From NCBI GenBank assembly GCA_965208945.1, contig OZ242366.1, forward strand, positions 2,899,827 through 2,963,826: a stretch of 64,000 nucleotides of DNA, given 5' to 3'. A model generated the notes under the pieces. The model had not been told where the DNA came from. It saw nothing but the letters and a program-made list of their open reading frames with translations, and ran no database searches. Origin of the DNA: Bryobacterales bacterium (lineage in GTDB: Bacteria; Acidobacteriota; Terriglobia; Bryobacterales; UBA6623). Position numbers and translations under genes: made by a program. Of the stretch, positions 18,328 through 28,059 are shown one piece after another. Position 1 is the first letter of the stretch. Every line of letters begins with the position of its first letter.

Positions 18328-18475
18328 AGCCTGCATTTCTCACCACGTGGCGAGGCGCGGGCGTGAGAGGACTGTCAGGACGAGGCGCGAATCGCTTGGC
18401 GAGCGCAGGTGTAACGCCCAAAATCGCCTCCTTCACCCCTCGGTTTACGAAATACGAGTCACGAAACACGGCCTT
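18328..18475 (+). repeat. Solo PAL left arm + heptad stub
   Basis: AGCCTGCATTTCTCACCACGTGGCGAGGCG...GCGCAGGTGTA followed by TACGAAATACGAGTCACGAAACACGGCCTT. TA on the left flank. Confidence 0.75.
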
Positions 18476-18695
18476 ATGTGGCGGAGTTGCACCGAAACGG
18501 ATTCAGGCGGAGCAGCTTTGACAAAGGGATGAGAGCCGAGGATGGCTCCGAGAGGCCCTCGGCAACGTGCTACATTATCAGTACCGTTGGGCGAGGGCCG
18601 CTTCACCCCTCGCCTCGCTTGGCTCCCCGCCCGTTCCGTGAACGATCGCGCCGCTTCCGCCCCGGACATCGAGATCCCAGGCCCGGAAACCTCTA

Positions 18696-18874
18696 GCCTG
18701 CATTTCTCACCACGTGGCGAGGCGAAGTGCGTGAGAGGGCCGTCAAGACGAGGCACGAGCTGCTTGGCGCGCGCAGGCGTACTTGAACAGTACTTTGAGC
18801 ACGGCAAGCAAGCGTAACGAAGTCATGGCGGCCATATGGCGTGCTTCGACCGTCGGGTGGTGAGAAATGCAGGC
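18696..18874 (+). repeat. PAL element copy A3 (short form)
   Basis: Consensus termini, exact apex, TA on both flanks. The right terminus contains the ATG (18867) used by the scpA track ORF. Confidence 0.85.
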
Positions 18875-19679
18875 TAACGCTTCCAGCGAGCCCGTTCAGT
18901 CCGCGGACGCTTTCGGCGTGCGGCTTGACCAGTTCGAAGGGCCGCTCGACCTTTTGCTCAACCTCATCCGGCGGCAGAAGATCGACATCTCCGACATTCC
19001 GATCGCAAGCATCACCGAGCAGTACCTCGACTATCTGCGCCGGGCCGAGGAACTGAACATCGATCTGGGGGGCGAGTTCGTCTTCATGGCCGCGACCCTG
19101 ATCCACATCAAGTCGCGGATGCTGCTGCCGTCCGACCCGCTCGTTCCCGAGGAAGAACAACAGGATCCGCGGGACGAACTCGTCAAGCGGCTCATCGAGC
19201 ACGAGAAGTTCGTGCAGGCGGCCCAGATGCTGCGCGAGAAGCGGCTCATCGAAGAGAATACCTGGACGCGTCCGGTTCTGGAACCCTTTCCCGATGTGGA
19301 TGAGGAGCCCGAGTCGGCGGTCGGCGTCATCGACCTGGTCCGGACATTCGAGAAGGTCCTCGAACGCGCCAGGAACCGGCCAACCTACGAGCTGGAGGGA
19401 GAAGACGTCACGGTCGCAAGCCGCATTCAATACCTCAAGAACCTTCTGCTTTCCGAGGATGGTGCTGTTTACCTGAGCGATGTGTTCGAGCGTCAACCCG
19501 GCCGCCGCGCCATGCTGGCCACGTTTCTCGCCTTGCTGGAACTCGTCCGCATGAGCGCCGTCGTGTTGCGCCAGAAGAAGCTTTTCGGCGAAATCGTGAT
19601 CCGCAAGCACAAGATGTTCGACACCGTGTTCGCCCACGAACAGAGCTTTTACGACGTTGCGCGGGAGTACGGCGAGTGA
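18867..19679 (+). CDS. scpA: Segregation and condensation protein A
   Basis: RLDQFEGPLDLLLNLIRRQKIDISDIPIASITEQYLDYL. ATG 18867 lies inside the PAL terminus. An alternative GTG at the V of GVRLDQFEGPL is equally plausible. Confidence 0.85.
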   Translation: MQANASSEPVQSADAFGVRLDQFEGPLDLLLNLIRRQKIDISDIPIASITEQYLDYLRRAEELNIDLGGEFVFMAATLIHIKSRMLLPSDPLVPEEEQQDPRDELVKRLIEHEKFVQAAQMLREKRLIEENTWTRPVLEPFPDVDEEPESAVGVIDLVRTFEKVLERARNRPTYELEGEDVTVASRIQYLKNLLLSEDGAVYLSDVFERQPGRRAMLATFLALLELVRMSAVVLRQKKLFGEIVIRKHKMFDTVFAHEQSFYDVAREYGE

Positions 19680-20284
19680 GCGCCCAGCGGACACTTCCCG
19701 ACATCGATCCTGAAGAGAACCGCCGCCGCGCATTGCTCGAGGCGATCATCTACGCGGCCGAGGAACCGCTCACGGCGGCCCAGATCGGCAAAGGCCTCGA
19801 CATGCCGCAGGACCAAGTGGAAGCGGACTTGCATGCCTTGATGGAGGAATCGGCCTCCGACAAACGCGGCATCGAAATCCGCAAGGTAGCGAAAGGCTAC
19901 AAGATGTCGACCAAGGCGGAGCATCATGACGGCGTTCGCAAGTTTGTCAAGACATTGCGTCCGAAGTTCAGGCTCTCGCTGCCGGCCTTGGAGACCCTGG
20001 CCGTGGTCGCTTACAAACAGCCGGTCACCATACCTGAGATCCAGGCGGTGCGCGGCGTCAACTCCACCGGAGTGGTCAGCACGCTGCTCAACCGCAAGCT
20101 CATCACGACCGCCGGCCGCAAAGCGGTCATCGGACGGCCGATGCAGTACCGGACGACGAAGGATTTCCTGATTCAGTTCGGGCTGAGCGACCTGACGGAG
20201 TTGCCGACGCTCAAGGAGTTGGAAGAACTGGGCCGGGCGGCTCTCGGCGAGATCGGCGAGAACGAGACAGCCGGCGACACTTAA
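19676..20284 (+). CDS. scpB: Segregation and condensation protein B
   Basis: LEAIIYAAEEPLTAAQI ... PVTIPEIQAVRGVNSTGVVSTLLNRKLI. Overlaps the scpA stop by 4 nt. Confidence 0.85.
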   Translation: MSAQRTLPDIDPEENRRRALLEAIIYAAEEPLTAAQIGKGLDMPQDQVEADLHALMEESASDKRGIEIRKVAKGYKMSTKAEHHDGVRKFVKTLRPKFRLSLPALETLAVVAYKQPVTIPEIQAVRGVNSTGVVSTLLNRKLITTAGRKAVIGRPMQYRTTKDFLIQFGLSDLTELPTLKELEELGRAALGEIGENETAGDT

Positions 20285-20485
20285 CCTGCATTTCTCACCA
20301 CGCGGCGAGGCGAAGTGGGTGAGAGGGCCGTCAGGACTAGGCGCAAGCCGGGCGGAGGAAAAGGCGCGAGCCGCTTGGCGCGCGCAGGCGTACTTGAACA
20401 GTACGTTGAGCACGGCAAGCAAGCGCAACGAAGTCCTGGCGGTCGTATCGCATGCTTTGACCGGCGGGTGGTGAGAAATGCAGAC
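20284..20485 (+). repeat. PAL element copy A4 (long form)
   Basis: Left terminus ACCTGCATTTCTCACCAC starts on the last base of the scpB TAA stop codon (20282-20284). Exact apex. Right flank TA. Confidence 0.85.
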
Positions 20486-20722
20486 TAGGCGCAAGCCGGG
20501 CGGAGGAAAAAGGCGCGCGCAGGCGTAGCGGCCTTATCGCTTCCTGCGGCCCTCGAGTTGCGAAACACGCAACACAGCCTTTCCGGTTCACCGGTCGCCA
20601 GATATTTCTTCTGGTGCGAACCAGGCCCCCTGCGCATGGTTTTCACGAATCACGAGACACGAATCACGAATCACGGCCTTTTTTCGTGTTCTTCGACCGC
20701 CGGGTGGTGAGAAATGCAGGCT
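20486..20722 (+). repeat. PAL internal fragment + tail module (heptads + solo right arm)
   Basis: CTAGGCGCAAGCCGGGCGGAGGAAAAAGGCGCGCGCAGGCGTA fragment; motif ATATTTCTTCTGGTGCGAAC; CACGAATCACGAGACACGAATCACGAATCACGGCC; right arm ending GCAGGCTA, which supplies the dipeptidase stop codon. Confidence 0.7.
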
Positions 20723-21932
20723 AGCGACCGGCTCCCTCGGTAATCTGCCGGAAAACGCGTAACAGGTTGCCGCCCAGGATTTTGCGGATTCTCTCTTCCG
20801 GATAGCCTTTGTCGACGAGCGCCTGCGTTACCCGTCCGTACTCGGCGATGCTGGTCATGCTCGCCCGCGAGTTGAGCCCGCCGCCGAAATCCGAACCGAG
20901 TGAGACGTGGTCCTCGCCGATCAACCGCACCGCGTAGTCGACCACCTCGACGAAACGGGAAATCGGCTCGACAATTTCTTGCGGCGGGACGGTTCCGGGC
21001 TTCTGATAGCTGAGCCGGTAGCGGTTGACGATCTCCTCGTACCCGGCGTCGACAGCAAGCGGTGGCAAGGGGTCGGGTGATCCCGGCCGGTTGCGGTAGT
21101 GGTCAAAGAAGAGAGGGCTCCAGGTGTTCGGACTGAAGTGCACGGCCAGGATTCCGCCCTTGGCGGCCAGGGCCATGAGCATCTCGTCGCTGGCATTGCC
21201 CGAATGGCGGGGATTGAAGGCCCGCATGCCCTGGTGAGTTGCGACGACCGGATGCTCGCTGAGCTCGACGATCTGCATCCAGGCATCCTGCGAGGCGTGC
21301 GCGAGATTGACGACCATCCCGAGGCGGTTCATCTCGCGCAGCAAGTCGCGTCCGCGCTGGTTGATTCCGTTCCATTTCGGCGCGCAGCAGGATGAGTCGG
21401 CATAGCCGTTGGCCTGAGCGTTGTCGGCGAACTGGACCGAGCGCAGCCCAAGCCTGTGGAGGCTGCGAAGGACGTCGGGATCGCCGTCGAAATCAAAGGC
21501 GCCTTCCAGGTCCAGCACGGCGGCGATCTTGCCGGCGCGATGAATTCTCTCGACATCGCCGGCGGTCAGCGCCACCTCGATGTCGGCATGGTTGTTGCGG
21601 ATCTGCTGATGCGCCAGTTCGAGCAGCCGCAGGGTTTGCTTCACCTCGAGATGGCGCTTCGTGTATTCGGGCTCGACGTAGAGGTTCAGGAACAGTGCGT
21701 CGAGTCCGCCCTCTCGAGTCGTCGGCAGGTCGACGCCGATCCCGCTGACCGGCCCCGGAAGACGCTCCGCGATGTTCCCGCCGAGATAGAGCTGACGGTT
21801 GATGAAGTGAACGTGGGCGTCGAAGATGAACGCTTCTTCGTGCAGTCTGTTGGCCTGTTCGGAAAGTGGTTGTCCCGGAGCCGCCGAAATCGCGGCCGCG
21901 GCGAGCAATGCCAGATGCAGTGGAGTTCTCAA
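20721..21932 (-). CDS. Secreted membrane-dipeptidase-type enzyme (peptidase M19 family)
   Basis: 403 aa. Signal peptide MRTPLHLALLAAAAISAAPG, FDAHVHF metal motif, LDLEGAFDFDGD, LHRLGLRSVQFADN. Confidence 0.75.
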   Translation of the reverse strand: MRTPLHLALLAAAAISAAPGQPLSEQANRLHEEAFIFDAHVHFINRQLYLGGNIAERLPGPVSGIGVDLPTTREGGLDALFLNLYVEPEYTKRHLEVKQTLRLLELAHQQIRNNHADIEVALTAGDVERIHRAGKIAAVLDLEGAFDFDGDPDVLRSLHRLGLRSVQFADNAQANGYADSSCCAPKWNGINQRGRDLLREMNRLGMVVNLAHASQDAWMQIVELSEHPVVATHQGMRAFNPRHSGNASDEMLMALAAKGGILAVHFSPNTWSPLFFDHYRNRPGSPDPLPPLAVDAGYEEIVNRYRLSYQKPGTVPPQEIVEPISRFVEVVDYAVRLIGEDHVSLGSDFGGGLNSRASMTSIAEYGRVTQALVDKGYPEERIRKILGGNLLRVFRQITEGAGR

Positions 21933-22108
21933 TGGTAGTCCTCCTGCCCGGATGAAACTCCGGACTCGAAAGAGCCTGAGAGGGCAGGCTCGACGCTACC
22001 ACGCTCCGGACGAACGGTCAAGACACGGAGCCGCCCTGTCGGCGTAGCGGGAGAAGTGCTCTTGCTGAGCCGGGCGGAAGGCGAAGGAAAAAATTCCCGT
22101 TCGGCTCG

Positions 22109-22720
22109 GTCCTGCATGTCTCATCACGCGGCCGGCAAGGCGAAGTGCGTGAGAGGGCCGTCAGGACGAGGCGCGCGCAACACGGCGCGCGCAACACGGC
22201 CTTAACGCAAGCTGCCCTGGAGTAACGGCCGTACCGCCTGCTTGGGTTTTTGGGTCACGAAACACGAATCACGGCTTTGTCGAAACAGGGCCTCTTGGTA
22301 CTGAAGCCCTTCAGTCTTTTTTTTCCGCCCCGGCCGGCATAGCATGAGGACAGCGATGCTGAAGATCGACTTACCAGCGGCGCGGCGCTCGCTGTAGAGG
22401 CTGCTCCTCCACGAAGGCAATACGGCCTTCAGGGTTTTCACGAATCACGAAACACGAATCACGGCCTTTATGCTTTTCACGAAACACGAATCACGAAACA
22501 CGGCCTTTATCGCCGTTCTTTTCGCCGTGGGTGCGCAAGGGACGCACGACAAAAAAACCGCCGCCCGGGCCGCCGTGCCCGCCGTCAAGTCACGGCTTCC
22601 CGGTTCTCTGCTGCCCACGATTGCCCACTATTGCCCGGAATTGCTCGGCTAAAAATATTGCCTCTGAGTCAATGTCGGCGCCCGGTCAGCCGTTCTCGGT
22701 GGGCCTCACGACAAGCGCCT
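22109..22720 (+). repeat. Non-coding repeat island 1 (mosaic of PAL left arm, heptad tracts, hairpin/T-run module, ATTGCCC repeats)
   Basis: No credible ORF. Its modules recur in the same order in island 2 (51036-52104). Confidence 0.75.
22300..22324 (+). terminator. Hairpin + T8 run (intrinsic-terminator-like), module copy 1
   Basis: ACTGAAGCCCTTCAGT followed by CTTTTTTTT. No plus-strand CDS lies upstream. It follows a heptad tract. Confidence 0.35.
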
Positions 22721-22898
22721 TTTGCCGTGCTGTTCCCGCCGCCCTCCGGGCTGCTTTCGCTCCTGCCAACCACAAATGAAACCATGCCGAGAAAGGGGTA
22801 CGTTCCATGTTGCGGCCACAGATGCGGAGCCAACCGTTATCATTGACCTGGACAAAGCGCCGCTCTCGATCGGGACGCGGCCATGCGAGGTACGAAAT

Positions 22899-24452
22899 AT
22901 GTTGCATCCGACGACACGCCGTAGTTGGCTGAAGTCCGGCGCCGGGGCCGCTGCCCTTCTGGGCGCGGCGGGAGCGGAGCCCGCCGTGGCGGAGGCCGCG
23001 GACGAACCGTCTCCCGAGGTCTACACGCGGATCGGCGTCAAACCGTTCATCAACTGCACGGCCACGGTCACGCGCAACGGCGGCTCTCTTCTGCTGCCCG
23101 AGGTCATCGAGGCAGTCGAGCATGCCTCGCACTATCACGTTCGGCTTGCTTCGCTGATCGAAGCGGCCAGCCAGAGGATCTCCGAGCTGCTGGAGGTTCC
23201 CTGGGCGATCGTCTGCTCCGGCGCGGCGGCCGGATTGACCCACGCCACGGCTGCCTGCGTCGCCGGAGCCAACCCGGAGTGGCGTCAGAAACTGCCGATG
23301 CTCGACGGCATGAGGAACGAGGTGATTATGCCGAAGTGGTCGCGGAATCAATACGACCACTCGATTCGGATGGTGGGAGTGCGCATTGTCGAGGTGGAAA
23401 CCGTGGCCCAGGCCCGTGCCGCCCTCAGTCCGCACACCGCCATGGTGGCGCTGCTCGGTGACCGTTTCGGAAACGATCGCCCTGGCTTGAGGGATCTGGC
23501 CCCGCTCGCGAAAGAGCGCGGCATCCCCGTTCTGGTCGATGCCGCGCCTGATTTTCCGGTCATCCCCAACCCCTATCTGAAGGACGGCGCGGACCTGGTC
23601 GTCTATAGCGGCGGCAAGATCCTGCGCGGACCGCAGAGCTCCGGCATCCTGCTCGGCCGCGAAGACCTAGTTCGGGCGGCCGGCGTCAACGCTGCTCCGA
23701 ACGGTGGTTTCGGGCGGCCGATGAAAGTGAGCAAGGAAGAGATTGTCGGGCTCGTCACGGCGCTGGAAATCTGGGTGAAAGAGCGCGACATCCGGCGCGA
23801 GTATGAGGAGTGGGAAAGCTGGTACGGCCACATAAGCAACGAGGTTCGCCAGGTGGACGGCGTCGAGGCGCGAGTCCAGGGACCGACCCGTGGCGGCCCC
23901 TTCCCGACATTGCGGATCTCGTGGGATACCGGCAAGATCGGCCTCCGCTCTTCCGACGTGCATCGGCGGCTTCTGGCTTCCGAGCCGCCGATCATGACCT
24001 GGGACTATGGCGACCGGAACTTCCTTGTGATTCGTCCGGCGGCGCTCAAGCCCGGTGAATACAAGATCATCGGGAAGACGGTCCGATCGATTCTGGCGGC
24101 CGCCCCGAGTGGGGCCGGCAAACGCGCCCCGGAGAAGCCGGCAACCGATGTCTCGGGGCACTGGGATGTCGAGATCGAGTTCTTGCGGGGACGCGGGAAA
24201 CACCAGTTGTTCCTCGAAGCGGCGAAGAACGGCGTCGTCGGCACCCACATCGGTGCTCGCGCGAGGGGAGACCTGAAAGGGGCGGTCGAAAGCGACAAGG
24301 TCCTTCTCGAAAGCGTTCTGCCGATGGAGGGTTCGCGGTTGCGCTATCGCTTCTCGGGAGTCGTCCAGGGCGGCGAAATGCAAGGTGACTTGGATCTGGG
24401 CGAGTATCCGCCGGGGCGCTGGGTGGCGCGGCGAAGGGAGGCAAGAGCATGA
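22899..24452 (+). CDS. Tat-signal SelA-like (fold-type I PLP) enzyme with a C-terminal ~140-aa extension, paralog 1
   Basis: MLHPTTRRSWLKSGAGAAALLGA; FINCTATVTRNGGS; VYSGGKILRGPQSSGILLGRE (SelA/DgaE-type Lys motif); GRPMKVSKEEIVGL. Confidence 0.65.
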   Translation: MLHPTTRRSWLKSGAGAAALLGAAGAEPAVAEAADEPSPEVYTRIGVKPFINCTATVTRNGGSLLLPEVIEAVEHASHYHVRLASLIEAASQRISELLEVPWAIVCSGAAAGLTHATAACVAGANPEWRQKLPMLDGMRNEVIMPKWSRNQYDHSIRMVGVRIVEVETVAQARAALSPHTAMVALLGDRFGNDRPGLRDLAPLAKERGIPVLVDAAPDFPVIPNPYLKDGADLVVYSGGKILRGPQSSGILLGREDLVRAAGVNAAPNGGFGRPMKVSKEEIVGLVTALEIWVKERDIRREYEEWESWYGHISNEVRQVDGVEARVQGPTRGGPFPTLRISWDTGKIGLRSSDVHRRLLASEPPIMTWDYGDRNFLVIRPAALKPGEYKIIGKTVRSILAAAPSGAGKRAPEKPATDVSGHWDVEIEFLRGRGKHQLFLEAAKNGVVGTHIGARARGDLKGAVESDKVLLESVLPMEGSRLRYRFSGVVQGGEMQGDLDLGEYPPGRWVARRREARA

Positions 24453-26002
24453 GCGAACAGACGACACGCCGCGGCTGGCTGCAAGCGAGTGGAGCAGCGA
24501 GCGCAGCGGCGCTTCTCAATAGCGCCGGGGCGGCGGCGGTTTCCGAGATCCACGAAGAGCCGCCGAAAGACGTCTATACGCGGCTCGGAGTCGAGCCCTT
24601 CATCAATTGCACGGCCACGGTGACAAGCAATGGCGGTTCGCGGACTTTGCCCGAAGTGATTCAGGCGATCCGCCACGCCTCTCACTACCACGTGAATCTC
24701 GACGAGCTTCAGGAAGCCGCCGGAAAACGCATCGCGGAGTTGCTGCAGGTCGAGCACGCCATGGTCTCGTCCGGCGCGGCGGCCGCGCTCACGCACGCAA
24801 CCGCGGGCATCGTGGCCGGAACCGATCCGGAACGCATGCAGCAGCTTCCGGACATGACGGGCCTGAAGAACGAGGTCATCATGCCCAAGTCCTCACGCAA
24901 TGGTTACGACTACGCCGTGCGGATGGTCGGCGTGACCACCGTGGAGGTCAGGACGGCGGAGGAACTGAAGGCGGCGATCAACGACCGCACCGCGATGGTC
25001 GCCATGCTCGGGGACCGTTTCAGCCCGAAGGTCGAGTTGCCCCTCGAGGAAGTTGCGCCGATTGCCAACAAGGTCGGTATCCCCGTCCTTGTCGACTCGG
25101 CTGCGGATTTTCTGGTCTCTCCCAATCCTTACGTCGCCCAGGGGGCCGACCTCGTCGCCTACAGCGGCGGCAAGATCTCCCGGGGCCCCCAGGGAGGAGG
25201 ATTGCTAGTCGGCAACGAAGAGCTCGTTCGCGCCGCTTTCGCGAACGCCGCCCATCACCACGCTTTCGGACGGCCGATGAAGGTCAGCAAGGAGGAGATC
25301 ATCGGCGTGATGACTGCGGTCGAAACATTCTTTGGGCGCAGGGACCTGCAGCAGGAGTACCGCGAGTGGGAAGGCTGGTACAGGCACATCACCGAGCAGA
25401 TCACGAAAGTGGATGGGGTTTCCACGTACGTCGCCGCACCCTCGCGTGGCGGTCCGTTCCCGGTCCTGATGGTGGAATGGGACCCCGCGAAGATCGGGTT
25501 GACGGCCGGCGAGGTCGGCGCGCTGCTGATGAACGGCGCGCCCCGCATCGCGACCCACGCTGCCGGCGGCGGAACCTCGTTCCGTCTGCGGCCGGTGGCC
25601 ATGAAGCCGAACGAGTACCAAATGGTGGCCGAGCGGCTGCACTCGGTTTTTCGGAACGCCCCGAAGCCGAGGCCCGCGCCGGCTATGCGTGCCCCCGTCT
25701 ACGACATTGCGGGCCGCTGGCGCGTCCGTATGGATTTCGGCGTCGGGAATGCCGAACACGAGCTCTTTCTCGAAGCCGACGGCAACGAAGTGACGGGCGC
25801 CCACATCGGTACGATCGCGGAAGGAAGAGTTCGTGGAACGCTGGATGGCGACAAGGTGCGCTTGAGCAGCGCTTTGCCTTTCGAGAGCGTCACTCTCGGA
25901 TATCGCTTTGAAGGCGCCCTCAGGGGAGACCGCATGGCGGGGCTGTTGAATCCGGGCGCGCTCCCGGTCGCTACCTGGGAGGCGCGGCGCCACAAGTATT
26001 GA
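24449..26002 (+). CDS. Tat-signal SelA-like PLP enzyme, paralog 2
   Basis: MSEQTTRRGWLQASGAASAAALL; FINCTATVTSNGGS; AYSGGKISRGPQGGGLLVGNE. Overlaps the paralog 1 stop by 4 nt. Confidence 0.65.
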   Translation: MSEQTTRRGWLQASGAASAAALLNSAGAAAVSEIHEEPPKDVYTRLGVEPFINCTATVTSNGGSRTLPEVIQAIRHASHYHVNLDELQEAAGKRIAELLQVEHAMVSSGAAAALTHATAGIVAGTDPERMQQLPDMTGLKNEVIMPKSSRNGYDYAVRMVGVTTVEVRTAEELKAAINDRTAMVAMLGDRFSPKVELPLEEVAPIANKVGIPVLVDSAADFLVSPNPYVAQGADLVAYSGGKISRGPQGGGLLVGNEELVRAAFANAAHHHAFGRPMKVSKEEIIGVMTAVETFFGRRDLQQEYREWEGWYRHITEQITKVDGVSTYVAAPSRGGPFPVLMVEWDPAKIGLTAGEVGALLMNGAPRIATHAAGGGTSFRLRPVAMKPNEYQMVAERLHSVFRNAPKPRPAPAMRAPVYDIAGRWRVRMDFGVGNAEHELFLEADGNEVTGAHIGTIAEGRVRGTLDGDKVRLSSALPFESVTLGYRFEGALRGDRMAGLLNPGALPVATWEARRHKY

Positions 26003-26023
26003 TTGCCTCGTCAGTGCAATGCG

Positions 26024-27412
26024 CTACTCGGCGATCCCGCCCTCGGTCATCTTGCGGGGGTCGAGCAGGCGGTCGAGGTCGGCGGCGGTGAGGTCCGTCT
26101 GTTCCAGGGCGACGTCCTTGAGCTTGCGGCCTTCGCGGTAGGCCTGCTTGGCGACCGCCGCGCCTTTCTCGTATCCGATCACCGGGTTGAGCGCGGTGAC
26201 GAGAATCGGGTTCTTCTCGACCAGGTCGGCGATGCGTTCTTCGTTGACTTGGAAGCCCGCGATGGCCTTGTCGGCGAGCAGGCGTGAGACGTTCCCGAGC
26301 AGACGCGCGCTTTCGAGGATGTTGTAGGCAATCACTGGAAGCATCACGTTCAACTGGAAACTGCCGGACTGCCCGGCGATCGTGATCGTGGCGTCGTTGC
26401 CGGTGACCTGCGCGCAGACCATCGCGGCGGCTTCGGGAATGACCGGATTGACCTTGCCGGGCATGATGCTGCTTCCGGGCTGCAGCGACGGCAGTGCGAT
26501 GTCGGCGACACCGGCCTGCGGTCCGCTGTTCATCCAGCGCAGGTCGTTCGCGATCTTCATGACGGCCACGGCGCCCGCTTTGGTTTGGCCGCTCAGCTCG
26601 ACGATCGCGTCCTGGCTTGCCAGGCTCATGAAGTAGTTGCGGCTGCTGAGAAACGGCAGGCCGGTGAGCGAGGCGAGGCGCTTGGCGACGCGCGGGCCGA
26701 ACTCGGGATGTGCGTTCACCCCCGTGCCGATCGCCGTGCCGCCCAGCGCCAGCGCCGAGACGCGCGGCAGCGAAGAGCGGATACGGGCGGCGGACTGATC
26801 CACCTGCGCGCTCCAGCCGCTCAGCTCTTGGCTGAGGCGGATCGGCAGGGCGTCCATCAGGTGCGTGCGTCCGGTCTTGACAACCTCATCGAGTGTCTCC
26901 GCCTTGGCGTTGATCGTGTCCCGCAGGTGCTCCAGGCCGGGCAGCAGCGTTGCGGCCGTTTCGAGATAGGCGCTGACGTGGATGGCGGTGGGGATCACGT
27001 CGTTGCTGCTTTGCCCCATGTTGACGTGGTCGTTCGGATGGACCTTGCTGCCCAGTTTTTCCGTCGCCAGCGTCGCTATGACCTCGTTGGCGTTCATGTT
27101 CGTGCTGGTGCCCGAGCCGGTTTGGAAGATATCGAGAGGGAATTGGTCGTCGTGGCGGCCGTCGGCGACTTCGTTCGCGGCGTCTTCAATGGCCCGCGCC
27201 ATGTCGGCGGGCATCGACCCCAGGTCGTGGTTCACCGCCGCCGCCGAACCCTTGACGAGCCCGAGCGCGCGGAGGAAGGTGCGGGGGAAACGCAGGCCGC
27301 TGACGGGGAAGTTGTTGACGGCGCGCTGCGTTTGCGCCGAGTAGAGGGCGTCTGCCGGGACCTGCACTTCGCCCATGCTGTCTTTTTCGATGCGGTAGGT
27401 GATGTCGTCCAT
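26024..27412 (-). CDS. fumC: Class II fumarate hydratase
   Basis: 462 aa. YRIEKDSMGEVQVPADALYSAQTQRAVNNF and the GSSIMPGKVNP signature. Confidence 0.85.
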   Translation of the reverse strand: MDDITYRIEKDSMGEVQVPADALYSAQTQRAVNNFPVSGLRFPRTFLRALGLVKGSAAAVNHDLGSMPADMARAIEDAANEVADGRHDDQFPLDIFQTGSGTSTNMNANEVIATLATEKLGSKVHPNDHVNMGQSSNDVIPTAIHVSAYLETAATLLPGLEHLRDTINAKAETLDEVVKTGRTHLMDALPIRLSQELSGWSAQVDQSAARIRSSLPRVSALALGGTAIGTGVNAHPEFGPRVAKRLASLTGLPFLSSRNYFMSLASQDAIVELSGQTKAGAVAVMKIANDLRWMNSGPQAGVADIALPSLQPGSSIMPGKVNPVIPEAAAMVCAQVTGNDATITIAGQSGSFQLNVMLPVIAYNILESARLLGNVSRLLADKAIAGFQVNEERIADLVEKNPILVTALNPVIGYEKGAAVAKQAYREGRKLKDVALEQTDLTAADLDRLLDPRKMTEGGIAE

Positions 27413-27537
27413 AAGTTCTTATTATCGGGTTTCTCGGGTGCGATGCGGTTTGGACGCGTAGCGACTCGATTTCAAGCATGCCGCCGCCCTCCCCGGCCTG
27501 TTCGTTGGAAATTGTTGCCGGCAGCCTCTCCGTGATA

Positions 27538-27716
27538 GCCTGCATTTCTCATCACGCGGCGAGGCGAAGTGCGTGAGAGGGCCGTCAGGACGAGGCGCGA
27601 GCCGCTTGGCGCGCGCAGGCGTACTTGAACAGTACGTTGAGCACGGCAAGCAAGCGCAACGAAGTCATGGCGGTCGTATCGCGTGCTTCGACCGTCGGGT
27701 GGTGAGAAATGCAGGC
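27538..27716 (+). repeat. PAL element copy A5 (short form)
   Basis: Consensus termini, exact apex. Left flank TA, right flank TG. Confidence 0.85.
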
Positions 27717-27729
27717 TGGATTGATCGCG

Positions 27730-28059
27730 ATGAGCATTATGGTCACCGAGGTCTACGAAGCCCTCGTCAGCGCAGGCGCCGACGAGGACAAGGCCAAGGC
27801 TGCCGCTGCCGCCATCCCCGTCGGGGAAAGGATTGCCACCAAGCAGGACATCGGCGGCGTGAGCAAGGAAATAGCCGATGCGAAGGCCGAGTCGAAGCAG
27901 GACATCGGCGGCGTGAGGAAGGAAATAGCCGATGTGAAGTCCGAGTTGAAACAGGACATCGCCGAGTTGAAGCAGGACATCGCGGTCCTCAAGTTTGCGG
28001 TCTTCACTTTTGGCCCTGTCATCATCGGCCTTCTGATCAAGCTCGTCTTTTTTCCCTGA
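27730..28059 (+). CDS. DUF1640-like coiled-coil protein with a C-terminal TM helix
   Basis: MSIMVTEVYEALVSAGADEDKAKAAAAAI, then ATKQDIGGVSKEIADAKAESKQDIGGVRKEIADVKSELKQDIAELKQDIAVLK, then FAVFTFGPVIIGLLIKLVFF. Family assignment is from memory. Confidence 0.5.
   Translation: MSIMVTEVYEALVSAGADEDKAKAAAAAIPVGERIATKQDIGGVSKEIADAKAESKQDIGGVRKEIADVKSELKQDIAELKQDIAVLKFAVFTFGPVIIGLLIKLVFFP

Noticed and set aside
17986-18330. Cobalamin (or other) riboswitch upstream of the TonB receptor gene.
   Set aside because: I read the minus-strand leader. There is no GCCACTG B12 box and no conserved core. Only a weak GGGAACCGG resemblance was seen.
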